From an uncultured bacterium (GTDB lineage: Bacteria > Patescibacteriota > Minisyncoccia > Minisyncoccales > UBA10102): a stretch of DNA of 64,000 nucleotides. A model generated the notes under the pieces. The model worked only from the letters and a program-made list of their open reading frames with translations, ran no database searches and had not been told where the DNA came from. This document shows, piece after piece, positions 27,902 to 37,151 of the stretch. A program made the translations under genes and the position numbers. Within the stretch, counting starts at the first letter, position 1; every line of letters starts with the position of its first letter. Location of the stretch: NCBI GenBank assembly GCA_913054235.1, contig CAJXJI010000001.1, forward strand, positions 6,868 to 70,867, in the 5' to 3' direction.

Positions 27902-28528
27902 TTAACGAATCTGATAAAAAATCTCATTCCACTCTCCTTGTCTGATAATAAAGCTACGCTGGAGTAAGTCATCTAAATCTCTTCGCAAAGTTCTTTTCGT
28001 AACTTCAGGAAGTACCTTTTGTAATTCCCAAACCTGTACTTTTGGCTTGTTTCGCATAAGCTCTAAAATCCTAGATTGTCTAAAGGAAAGCTTCCCTTTA
28101 GATACTGACGTATTTTCCTTGCTCTTTATAACAGGAACTGTCTGTCTTGTGCTTATATCTTGCTTCAGAACAACTCGCTCTTGATTTACTACTATTGATT
28201 TTTCGTGAATCTTACGTAAAAACTCTCCCACCCTGTTATACTCCCGCTCCAGCATTATAAAGTTTTCTGGGTTTATTTCAGCTGTGCGTTTTGCATAGTT
28301 TAAATAAGCTACAAGTTTACCAGTCTCCCGAATTGCTCTTGCGGTCACCGTAGGCCTTTGCCCTGACATAGCGGGGTTTTCTTGCACAAGCAAAATAAGG
28401 CTTACCAAAAGCTTATTTGAAGAATCTTGCACCTGAGCTCTTAAAGGATCCTCTCGGGGCAAGATATTAACTACTTTATGAGTAGCTACTATGAGACGAA
28501 CAAAAAAGTCAGCATTCATTATACGCAT
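27902..28528 (-). CDS. four-helix-bundle plus DeoR-like winged-HTH protein
   Basis: N-terminal LPREDPLR helical domain; C-terminal RQSRIL...PEVTKRTLRRDLDDL....IIRQGE. Confidence 0.75.
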   Translation of the reverse strand: MRIMNADFFVRLIVATHKVVNILPREDPLRAQVQDSSNKLLVSLILLVQENPAMSGQRPTVTARAIRETGKLVAYLNYAKRTAEINPENFIMLEREYNRVGEFLRKIHEKSIVVNQERVVLKQDISTRQTVPVIKSKENTSVSKGKLSFRQSRILELMRNKPKVQVWELQKVLPEVTKRTLRRDLDDLLQRSFIIRQGEWNEIFYQIR

Positions 28529-28570
28529 TTTACTATACCAAAGACCTATCCCTCGGTCAAAGACCGTTCA

Positions 28571-28600
28571 TTGACAAAACATAAATATAATATATACTAT
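28571..28600 (+). promoter_or_regulatory. sigma-70 promoter
   Basis: TTGACA then TATACT/TACTAT at 16-18 bp. Confidence 0.6.
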
Positions 28601-28689
28601 AACAAGGACATCGCTTGGATAAACCAAGCAAATTACCACGGTCTCTATGGGTAGTGTGGGGAAGAGGCTGATGTAGGGAGGCTCACATA

Positions 28690-28914
28690 ATGATAAGAAT
28701 GACAAAATTGATGCAGCGTGTAGCAAAGGAACAACAGCAACCATTGGAGCGGTTGCTACCAGAAATGATCAATGACATCGGGTTTTCAGCTACTGCAAAG
28801 GAACTGGACATCAATAAGGCAACCCTAGGGTACTGGCTCTTAAAGCTCGGCATACGTGTACAGCGAGTAGCTCTTGCTCCAGGGGAAACCCTGGAAATAA
28901 AGAGGCTATCTTAG
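28690..28914 (+). CDS. small HTH DNA-binding protein
   Basis: GGGAGG SD; GFSATAKELDINKATLGYWL helix-turn-helix pattern. Confidence 0.7.
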   Translation: MIRMTKLMQRVAKEQQQPLERLLPEMINDIGFSATAKELDINKATLGYWLLKLGIRVQRVALAPGETLEIKRLS

Positions 28915-29046
28915 GTCTTTAATCTAGGGGTTTTTCCCCAAAATAGGCGCTAGTATCCCCTGCTGGCGCCCTTTTTATTACCAACAAAACCTTATTTACC
29001 TTGACATACCATATATCTTGGAGTATACCCTTAAGGATACTATACT

Positions 29047-29265
29047 GTGGAGAAGATAGTGGTAAAACAGAGAGATAAGCGGAGTAAAAATCCCAAAAAG
29101 AAGAGCCCATTTCGCAAAAACAGAAAAGTACGTATTAATGGAGGCCGCTTTGATGGTGCTATAGCAACAATCATGTTTGCTGGTAATAGCGAAGCTACAG
29201 TCAGAATACCAGGACGCGAAAAACCTGAGTCATTTTCCCTCGATCAACTACGCTTGGCCTCCTAA
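29047..29265 (+). CDS. small basic protein with NusG-CTD-like KOW domain
   Basis: Promoter TTGACA(29001)-17-TATACC, AAGGA SD, GTG start; VRINGGRF.G and VRIPGREKPESFSLDQL resemble NusG CTD. Confidence 0.6.
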   Translation: MEKIVVKQRDKRSKNPKKKSPFRKNRKVRINGGRFDGAIATIMFAGNSEATVRIPGREKPESFSLDQLRLAS

Positions 29266-29286
29266 GGAGAAGCAAATCTCCAGAAA

Positions 29287-29323
29287 AAGCAAAAGCCCTT
29301 GGCATATTGCCAAGAGCTTTTTT
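29287..29323 (+). terminator. intrinsic terminator
   Basis: AAAAGC.CTTGGCA-tat-TGCCAAG.GCTTTT then T-run. Confidence 0.8.
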
Positions 29324-29357
29324 ATTTTCTATCCTTGGTTCGGCCAAGTTATTAACA

Positions 29358-29375
29358 CCTGCCTGCGCAGGCAGG
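29358..29375. repeat. short perfect palindrome CCTGCCTGCGCAGGCAGG (REP-like element)
   Basis: 18-bp palindrome in AT-rich intergenic DNA. Confidence 0.55.
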
Positions 29376-29495
29376 CCTTAGCAAGATTAAGTTTCCTTTC
29401 CATTCAAAACCAATATTACAACACCATTGACAAATCCAAAATAAGGTGTATAATATCACTTAAGTACCAAGAGAGGGGTATCTTATGGAGGCACA

Positions 29496-29645
29496 ATGAG
29501 CCACAATATACGCGCAACATGTATCTTTCATTATGGGGATTCAAGCCCCACCACAAAAGAACTAGCAGTACTTGCATCCAATGGATGGGATATACTTCTA
29601 GACGGCGATGCACAGACGTGCACACTCGTCAAAAATGATTTCTAG
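29496..29645 (+). CDS. 49-aa hypothetical protein (not in ORF track)
   Basis: Promoter TTGACA(29427)-16-TATAAT, GGAGG SD, MSHNIRATCIFHYGDSSPTTKELAVLASNGWDILLDGDAQTCTLVKNDF*, terminator downstream. Confidence 0.6.
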   Translation: MSHNIRATCIFHYGDSSPTTKELAVLASNGWDILLDGDAQTCTLVKNDF

Positions 29646-29704
29646 CTAGCAAAATCCAGCAAGCAATATTCTTTGTTTTAAAAATCTTCTCTCTTGGGCA
29701 AACA

Positions 29705-29740
29705 AAAGCCCCCCGGCACAAAACACCGGGGGCTCTTTTT
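29705..29740 (+). terminator. intrinsic (possibly bidirectional) terminator
   Basis: AGCCCCCGG-..-CCGGGGGCT followed by T-run. Confidence 0.8.
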
Positions 29741-29828
29741 TATCTAATGCTCCCTTAACTAAGTTGAGCATTTTTAGTCTAGCCAAGTTATCTATACAGA
29801 TTACTATGCGTATCAATATCAATAAAAA

Positions 29829-30548
29829 TCAAAGTCCAAGAAAAGTCCTCAGCACCGAAGAAGGAATAACAAAGATGTTTCTTTGAAGGTCAGCATCTGC
29901 TAAACCCGCAACTCTTCCTTCCACGTCAAACAAAGGAGCACCATCAACATTTTCATTCTCCACGATTGAAGTGGATAAAGAATCTTCTTCTACTTTCTTT
30001 ACAATCCCCATATTCACAATTAGAGTTCCTTCACCCTCCTCAATAATTTTTGCTAGTAATACCACTCGCTCTCCAAGCTTAACTCCCCCATTACCAACAA
30101 AACCAGCTGTTTTAAGTCCCATATCTTCTATTTTTAAAAGCACAAGATTATTTTTTACATCACGTTTTAAAACTTGGGCCTCCAATGGATCTTGTCCTTC
30201 AGGATATATCATAATCTTAAAGCCAGTTGGAACCAGGGAAGATAAAGTAACAATTAATCCGTCTGAAGTATATACAAGGCCAGAACCTGCTCGCGTGCCA
30301 GAACTCTTTAGCGCAACCACAGTATTTTTTACTTCTTGAATTGTCCTCTCTATTGCCTCATTCTCACGAACAAAAATCTGCTCTACGGGAGCTATTATTT
30401 GAGTTCTTGCATTCCAATCTTTTAAAAATTGCCAATCTGCAAAAGCAGGGTTTGCTGCCAAAGAAGGTAGCAAAAAAGCTTGGGACCAGAGGCCCCCAGC
30501 AGCTCCTGCTAAAAACAGAAGTAAAAACAAAAGAATTCGTCTTGTCAT
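29829..30548 (-). CDS. membrane-anchored trypsin-like (S1C) protease homolog, catalytically degenerate
   Basis: GSGLVYTSDGLIVT, VLLKI, GAPLFDVEG.V.G; catalytic His and Ser positions substituted. Confidence 0.75.
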   Translation of the reverse strand: MTRRILLFLLLFLAGAAGGLWSQAFLLPSLAANPAFADWQFLKDWNARTQIIAPVEQIFVRENEAIERTIQEVKNTVVALKSSGTRAGSGLVYTSDGLIVTLSSLVPTGFKIMIYPEGQDPLEAQVLKRDVKNNLVLLKIEDMGLKTAGFVGNGGVKLGERVVLLAKIIEEGEGTLIVNMGIVKKVEEDSLSTSIVENENVDGAPLFDVEGRVAGLADADLQRNIFVIPSSVLRTFLGL

Positions 30549-33257
30549 CTAGCGTGCTGTTTTTTGGAGTTTTCGCTTTGGCATGGTTTTTAAAGAATCC
30601 ATGGAACCCAAAACTACAATCTCCTTATTCTCTGCATCTACCCGCACCTTTCCTCCAGACTGAACTTCTCCTGTAACAATTTTAAGTGACAGCGGATCTA
30701 ATACTTTGCGCAAAATAACACGGCGCAAGGGACGGGCTCCCAGTGCAGGATCAAATCCTTGTTCTGCCAGAAGCTCTTTTGCTTTTTCTGTAACATCCAT
30801 TGTAATTCCCTTAACAGAGATACGCGAAGCAACTTTGGCTAATTCCAACTCCACAATCTTTTTTATTTCCAGCTTTGCTAAGTAGTCAAAGATAATGATT
30901 TCATCAATACGATTTAAAAATTCAGGGCGAAACTCCTCTTTTAAGACTGCCATAACCTTATCTCGAACAGAATTCTTTTTCTCTTCCATGTTGTCTCCCA
31001 TAAAGCCGAGGGGAGACATTTCAGCTATATGCTGCGAACCAACGTTTGAAGTCATAATAATAATGGCGTTTTTAAAGGAAGCAACTCTCCCTTTTGCATC
31101 GGTAAGACGACCATCTTCCATTATCTGCAAAAGCACATTAAATACCTCAGGATGAGCTTTTTCAATCTCATCAAACAAAATAACTGAATAGGGACGTCTC
31201 CTTATTTTCTCAGTTAGCTGACCTCCTTCTTCATGTCCCACATATCCTGGAGGAGAGCCAATCATGCGTGAAGTGGTATGACGTTCCATATACTCTGACA
31301 TATCCAAACGAATCAAAGCATTTTCATCATTAAAGAGAAACTCAGCTAATGCTTTTGCAGTTTCGGTCTTGCCTACTCCAGTCGGACCCAAAAACAAGAA
31401 CGAACCCAAAGGTCTATTTTCTTCAGATAACCCCGCCCTGTTTCTTCGAATAGCACTTGAAATAGCAACCACTGCTTCTTCTTGCCCAATGATCCTTTTC
31501 TTTAATGCATGTTCCATCTTTTCTAATTTCTTTGCCTCCTCTTCCATTAATCGCATAACAGGAATACCGGTCCATTTTGAAACTACACGAGCAACATCTT
31601 CTTCCGTAACCTCTTCTTTGAGTAGAGGATTAGTCTTTTGAAATCTTGCCAATTTTTTTTCTTCTCCCCGAAGTTTCTTCATAAAGTCCGGGATTGTTGC
31701 ATATTTTATCTCAGCTGCCTTTTGCGAATCCCCTGATGCCTGCTCTCGCTCCACCTGAAACCTTGCATCTTCCAAATCCTTCTTAATATCTTTTATGGTA
31801 TCAATAACATCTTTTTCTGATCTCCACTTTGACTCAATTGCTTTTGCTTTTTCCCGCAAATCAGCCAAAGCTCTGGAATTTGCTTTTACCTTTTTTTCTT
31901 CAACTCCCTCTGCTTTAAACGCAGCTTGTTCAATCTCAAGTTTTTGAATCTGCCGCTTTAAAGAATCAAGTTCGGCGGGTTCAGATTCCATTTCCAAGCG
32001 CAAAGAAGACATTGCCTCGTCCATTAAATCGACAGCCTTGTCTGGCAAGAATCTATCTGAAATATATCTTGCTGCCAAGTTTGCTGCAGACACAAGTGCA
32101 GAATCTTTAATCTTTACTCCATGATGCAGTTCATATTTTTCTTTAATTCCCCGCAAGATTGAAATAGCATCTTCAATGCTGGGTTCTACTACCAAGATAG
32201 GTTGGAACCTGCGCTCTAAAGCAGGGTCTTTCTCAATATATTTTTGATATTCCTTGAGCGTTGTAGCTCCAATTGCTCTTAGTTCTCCGCGCGCCAAAGC
32301 TGGCTTTAAGAGATTGGAGGCATCAATGGCTCCTTCAGCCGCCCCAGCTCCCACCAGCGTATGCAGCTCGTCAATAAACAAGAGGTATTTTCCTGCTGCT
32401 CTTTCAATCTCTTTTAAAAGCGCCTTAATACGATCTTCAAATTCACCTCGGTATTTGGTACCTGCTACCAAAGCTCCAATATCCAAAGCAATAATTTCTT
32501 TTTCTTTTAAAGATTCTGGGACATCTCCTTTTATAATTTTTTGTGCCAATCCTTCCACTACCGCAGTTTTTCCAACACCAGCCTCTCCAATAAGGACAGG
32601 GTTGTTCTTTGTTCTCCGAGACAACACTTGCATTAATCTTCGAATCTCATCTTCCCTTCCAATAACAGGATCAAGCTTCCCTTGCTCAGCTAAACGGGTA
32701 AGATTTCGTGCATACTTTTCTATAACCTGATACTTGCTCTCTGGCGCAGGGTCTGTAATGCGAACACCCCCTCTTATCTGAGCTAAGATTTTTAAAGCCA
32801 TTTCGTAATTTAAACTACCAAACTCCACCGCCTCTGGTCCTCCAGCACTGGGTTTAAGAAAACTCGTACGTTCCAAGATTTCTTTTGCTTTAGAGTTTGT
32901 ATCCAGCAATCCTAAAAATAAATGTTCTACTGAAACATACTCGTCTCCCATTTTAGAAGCCTCCTGGCGAGCACGTTCCATTACCTTTGCTAGGTCTTGA
33001 GTAAGATAAAACTGACCAAGAGGATTCGCTCCAGATACCACAGGAAGACGTCCTAAAGCTGTCTCTGTCTTACGCTTTAGGCCATCAATATCTGCTCCAA
33101 TCTTTTGCAATAATGTTAATACCACGCTCTCTTCTTGTCCAAGTAATGCAAAAAGCAAGTGCAACGCATCCACCTGTTGCTGTCCTCGCTCCTGAGCAAG
33201 ATTTTGTGCTTGAAACAAGGCTTCTTGTGCCTTATGGGTAAAGTTTCCTGAATTCAT
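30549..33257 (-). CDS. clpB: ATP-dependent chaperone ClpB
   Basis: Clp N-domain, two AAA+ modules (GEAGVGKT, GPTGVGKT), long coiled-coil middle domain. Confidence 0.92.
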   Translation of the reverse strand: MNSGNFTHKAQEALFQAQNLAQERGQQQVDALHLLFALLGQEESVVLTLLQKIGADIDGLKRKTETALGRLPVVSGANPLGQFYLTQDLAKVMERARQEASKMGDEYVSVEHLFLGLLDTNSKAKEILERTSFLKPSAGGPEAVEFGSLNYEMALKILAQIRGGVRITDPAPESKYQVIEKYARNLTRLAEQGKLDPVIGREDEIRRLMQVLSRRTKNNPVLIGEAGVGKTAVVEGLAQKIIKGDVPESLKEKEIIALDIGALVAGTKYRGEFEDRIKALLKEIERAAGKYLLFIDELHTLVGAGAAEGAIDASNLLKPALARGELRAIGATTLKEYQKYIEKDPALERRFQPILVVEPSIEDAISILRGIKEKYELHHGVKIKDSALVSAANLAARYISDRFLPDKAVDLMDEAMSSLRLEMESEPAELDSLKRQIQKLEIEQAAFKAEGVEEKKVKANSRALADLREKAKAIESKWRSEKDVIDTIKDIKKDLEDARFQVEREQASGDSQKAAEIKYATIPDFMKKLRGEEKKLARFQKTNPLLKEEVTEEDVARVVSKWTGIPVMRLMEEEAKKLEKMEHALKKRIIGQEEAVVAISSAIRRNRAGLSEENRPLGSFLFLGPTGVGKTETAKALAEFLFNDENALIRLDMSEYMERHTTSRMIGSPPGYVGHEEGGQLTEKIRRRPYSVILFDEIEKAHPEVFNVLLQIMEDGRLTDAKGRVASFKNAIIIMTSNVGSQHIAEMSPLGFMGDNMEEKKNSVRDKVMAVLKEEFRPEFLNRIDEIIIFDYLAKLEIKKIVELELAKVASRISVKGITMDVTEKAKELLAEQGFDPALGARPLRRVILRKVLDPLSLKIVTGEVQSGGKVRVDAENKEIVVLGSMDSLKTMPKRKLQKTAR

Positions 33258-33298
33258 AGAATATACTTAAAATACCACAAAAAAGAACATAAAGCAAC

Positions 33299-34654
33299 CT
33301 ATTCTGAGCGCTCGTCCAACTTCACACTAAAGATGTGTTCCTCACTATCACGAAGCACTTTGAGCACAACCTCCTCGTCAGGATTATACTGTTGGAGAAT
33401 ATTTGCCAAAGAGTTCTCTTTGTCAATACGCTCCCCATTTATTTCCAAGATAATGTCTCCTGCAACAATTCCTGCTGCCTCTGCAGCTGACCCTGGGACA
33501 ACAGCAGCCTTCCCATCGGGGCCGGATTTAATCCATACTCCGTGCGTGACCGATAAGTTTTCTTCTTGCGCCACTGCCTCTATTATTTCAACATAGCGCA
33601 CACCCAAGAAAGGATACACTATCTTGCCCAATTCCATTACCTGTTTAATATCACGCGCTGCTCTGTTCACAGGAATTGCAAAACCAATATTTTGGGCATC
33701 CAGCACAGTTGCAGTATTAATACCAATAACTTCCCCAGCCAGATTCAACAAAGGGCCCCCTGAATTACCTTTATTAATAGCAGCATCAGTTTGGATCACA
33801 TTTTCTATGGTTTCAACAAAATTTCCAGAGCCCGAAGCAGTGATAGTACGCCCCAACCCAGAAATAACTCCTACGGAAACCGTATTACGAAACTCAGCTA
33901 ATGCATTTCCAATGGTAATTACAGTCTGCCCAATTTTAAGAATATCAGAGTCACCTAAGACCACTGATACAAAAGGCACTCTCGTAAGATTCCCATCAGC
34001 ATCAATAATACTTTCCTGATCAATCTTTAAGACCGCCAAATCCTGCAAAGGATCTTTTGCCAGCACGCGAGCAGTAAAGGAATTACCATCTGTGGTAAAA
34101 ACCGTATACTCTGCTTCATCATCCAACACCACATGCTTATTGGTAATAATGAGTCCGTCTGGAGAAACAATGAATCCCGACCCACCTCCTACCTCACGTC
34201 TCTCTATCCCCTGCTGGCGAAATTGTGGAATCTGAAATCGAGAACGTCCACCAAAGAAACCTTCAAAAGGGTCAACAAAAAATTGCTCTATAATTGGAAC
34301 ATCCTTGGTAATGATAATACTTACCACGGCAGGAGAAACACTTTCTACAACATTAATAATCTTTTGCTCCTGCGTGGTCTGGGGAATATATTCTTTTTCT
34401 ATCACTCTTTCTTGTATAGTCCTTTCTGGCAATTCAAACCCAACCTGCGTTAGCAGTGTTGAGACTTGTTGGTATAGAACTCCTCCAACCACTGCTCCTG
34501 CGGTGAAACCAGAGAACGAAGAAATCGCAACCACCAAAACCAAGAGAGAAATCAACTCACTTTGCCCAAGTTTTTTTGCAAGTTTTTGCAAGGGATTTTT
34601 ATCTTGCTTAAAAATCCTTTTTGGTTCTGTTGGAGGTAGTTCATTAAGTGCCAT
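33299..34654 (-). CDS. htrA: HtrA/DegP-like serine protease with PDZ domain
   Basis: TNKHV, DLAVLK, TDAAIN.GNSGGPL, C-terminal PDZ. Confidence 0.92.
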   Translation of the reverse strand: MALNELPPTEPKRIFKQDKNPLQKLAKKLGQSELISLLVLVVAISSFSGFTAGAVVGGVLYQQVSTLLTQVGFELPERTIQERVIEKEYIPQTTQEQKIINVVESVSPAVVSIIITKDVPIIEQFFVDPFEGFFGGRSRFQIPQFRQQGIERREVGGGSGFIVSPDGLIITNKHVVLDDEAEYTVFTTDGNSFTARVLAKDPLQDLAVLKIDQESIIDADGNLTRVPFVSVVLGDSDILKIGQTVITIGNALAEFRNTVSVGVISGLGRTITASGSGNFVETIENVIQTDAAINKGNSGGPLLNLAGEVIGINTATVLDAQNIGFAIPVNRAARDIKQVMELGKIVYPFLGVRYVEIIEAVAQEENLSVTHGVWIKSGPDGKAAVVPGSAAEAAGIVAGDIILEINGERIDKENSLANILQQYNPDEEVVLKVLRDSEEHIFSVKLDERSE

Positions 34655-34669
34655 ATTACACTTTCTATT

Positions 34670-35848
34670 TTACTTCTTTATCCTGAGCTGTTCAATCACC
34701 TTTTCAAGAACCTTCACGGTCTTTTCTACTTCCTCTTTTTTTGTATGCTTTCCTAAAGTTATACGCACAGCACAAGAAGCTTCTGTTTTTGTGTATCCCA
34801 TGCTCAAAAGCACATGGGAGGGTTCCTGAGATCTTTCAGAACATGCTGAACCAGCAGAAATCGCAATCCCTTTTTGGTCAAGCAATAAAACAACATCCTT
34901 TCCCTCAACTCCTTTAAAGCGAATATGTACATTATTTGGCAATCGCTTTAGCAATGAACCTGTTACTTCTGCGGTAGAAATTCTCTGCTGGATAATCTTT
35001 ATAAACATGTCTCGCAACTGCCGTATCCTGATGTTTTGCACTTTAGTCTTTGGATTTTGAATCTCTCCTATTGCCTCTCCCATGCCAACAATGCCAGCTA
35101 CATTTTCTGTGCCAGGCCTCATATCTTGTTCTTGCCCTCCTCCAAGAAACAGAGGCTCAATTGCGCTTCCCTTCCTTATATACAACACTCCAGCTCCTTT
35201 TGGGCCATATATTTTATGTGAACTTAAGGTCAAAAGATCCACCCCAAGTTTTTCTACATTACAATCAAGATATAATGCAGCCTGCACAGCATCGCTGTGA
35301 AATACTACCTGACGCTTTGCATCTTCCTTCTTGTACTTCCTGAGCATTTTCCCTATTTCTGCTATTGGCTGAATGGTGCCTATCTCGCTATTTGCATATT
35401 GGATAGATACAAGAATAGTATTTTTTTGAAGTGATTTTTCTATGTCTTTTAGATTTACAACTCCCTCTTTTCCAACCTTAATATAGGTAGCTTCAATTAC
35501 TCCTTTCTTTTCTAATGCTTCAATGGGAGCTAGGAGCGACTCATGCTCTATTACGCACGTAATAACATGAGGCTTTGTAAAAGAGCTCTGTTTGATAACT
35601 CCTTGAATCGCAATATTATTTGCCTCGGTAGCTCCCGCCGTAAATACTACCTCGTTTGCGAAGCAAGAAAGGAACTTTGCAACTTGCTCGCGAGCTCCTT
35701 CCACTGCGGCTTTTGCACGCTGTCCTACTTGATGGACCGAAGAAGGATTCCCAAACTCACGTGCAAAAAACGGCAGCATTACTTTTTGTACCTTTGCGTC
35801 TTGTGGAGTAGAAGCTGCGTAATCTAAATAAATAAATCTCTTTCTCAT
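34670..35848 (-). CDS. iscS: cysteine desulfurase (IscS/NifS family)
   Basis: YLDYAAST, GNPSS, SSHKIYGPKG, SAGSAC motifs. Confidence 0.92.
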   Translation of the reverse strand: MRKRFIYLDYAASTPQDAKVQKVMLPFFAREFGNPSSVHQVGQRAKAAVEGAREQVAKFLSCFANEVVFTAGATEANNIAIQGVIKQSSFTKPHVITCVIEHESLLAPIEALEKKGVIEATYIKVGKEGVVNLKDIEKSLQKNTILVSIQYANSEIGTIQPIAEIGKMLRKYKKEDAKRQVVFHSDAVQAALYLDCNVEKLGVDLLTLSSHKIYGPKGAGVLYIRKGSAIEPLFLGGGQEQDMRPGTENVAGIVGMGEAIGEIQNPKTKVQNIRIRQLRDMFIKIIQQRISTAEVTGSLLKRLPNNVHIRFKGVEGKDVVLLLDQKGIAISAGSACSERSQEPSHVLLSMGYTKTEASCAVRITLGKHTKKEEVEKTVKVLEKVIEQLRIKK

Positions 35849-36564
35849 GATTTCTTTTTTGCTTTCCATCCTTTGGGAATATGATTAAAGCGATACTTAA
35901 ACATATCCGTTCGAATGGGACCAATAAAAGTCATATATGCCTCAGCCAAAAAGTATTGGGTAATAATTTTTGCCATATCTTGTTCCGCTCTTCTTGGAGA
36001 AATATGGAACCATACATTTGTTAAAAACCCAAACTTCCCTTTCTTTGATGCTTCCTGAATATATTTAAAATCTTCGCCAAGCTTGATTGTTTCGTCAAAG
36101 CCTTTTATCTCTTCATGGAGCCATTTCTTTACCACAATACAATTGGTGGCATGAGGATAGAATTTTTCCGTGCTCTTAAAATATAGCTTATACAATCTTT
36201 CAAACACACGATAGATACGTTTTTTGTTCGGAATTTTCATTAAGCAGCCTGCTACATCTAAGCGACGTCGTTCAAACTCTTTAAGAAAACCTTTCAAAAA
36301 ATTACGGGGAAGATTAGCATCAGCATCCAAAAATACAAGAATGTCTCCCTTTGCAATCTTTGCGCCCTCATTTCGTCCGCGCCCTGGCATACCTCCTTTC
36401 ACAACCTTGCACCCAAAAGATTTTGCAATCTGTACTGTTCCATCTTTTGAACCAGCATCTGCCACAATAATTTCAATATCTTTTATCCCCTGTTTTTTAA
36501 CGGCGCGCAATGCAACAGGAAGATACTCTTCTTCGTTAAGTGTTGGGATAATAACGCTAATCAT
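35845..36564 (-). CDS. glycosyltransferase family 2
   Basis: ISVIIPTLNEE, DAGSKDGT, FLDAD, GED; ATGA overlap with upstream stop. Confidence 0.9.
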   Translation of the reverse strand: MISVIIPTLNEEEYLPVALRAVKKQGIKDIEIIVADAGSKDGTVQIAKSFGCKVVKGGMPGRGRNEGAKIAKGDILVFLDADANLPRNFLKGFLKEFERRRLDVAGCLMKIPNKKRIYRVFERLYKLYFKSTEKFYPHATNCIVVKKWLHEEIKGFDETIKLGEDFKYIQEASKKGKFGFLTNVWFHISPRRAEQDMAKIITQYFLAEAYMTFIGPIRTDMFKYRFNHIPKGWKAKKKS

Positions 36565-37151
36565 TTTTCCAATACAAAGAGAACATGTTTTGTCATAAAG
36601 TGCGTTGTTTCTCTCTTTGATACAACGCGCAGCCCAAGATCTTGAAATACTCTTTCCCAATCTGCAACCCTGCGATAATTATACGGCATATTCATTTTTA
36701 AAGGATTAGTAAGAAAAAAAGGAGAGTTTGAGATAAAATCGTTAATGCTTACAAGTATCCGGCCAAAAGGAGAACTATATGTATCTTCGTGAATAATAAC
36801 ACGCTTTTTCGTCACTCGAATTGCTTCTTTTAATACCCGAAGAGGTTCTTTGCAATGATGAAGTACAAAAAGTAGTAAGGAATTATCAAAAGAGTTATCT
36901 TCAAACGGAATCTTCTCCCCATTATACAGCATCAGGGGAAGTTTGGTTCGGTTAAAATCCTCCACATCCAAAAGCTGTATTTTGACTCCCTTTTTTTCTG
37001 AGATAAGCTCCCCTGACCATCCACCTCCTGCGCCAATATCCAAAACACGTTCTCCTGTTTTAAGAAACGGGCCAATGTCGTTTAACACTATGGGAGCCCA
37101 CCATGTTCTCCCATAATAATGCACGAGGGAATCAAAAATTGGGATTTTCAT
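36561..37151 (-). CDS. class I SAM-dependent methyltransferase
   Basis: VLDIGAGGG, IPFEDNSFD, VLHH. Confidence 0.85.
   Translation of the reverse strand: MKIPIFDSLVHYYGRTWWAPIVLNDIGPFLKTGERVLDIGAGGGWSGELISEKKGVKIQLLDVEDFNRTKLPLMLYNGEKIPFEDNSFDNSLLLFVLHHCKEPLRVLKEAIRVTKKRVIIHEDTYSSPFGRILVSINDFISNSPFFLTNPLKMNMPYNYRRVADWERVFQDLGLRVVSKRETTHFMTKHVLFVLEK

Noticed and set aside
29177-29638. 153-aa plus-strand ORF
   Set aside because: Runs through a terminator, a palindrome and a promoter; better explained by separate small units
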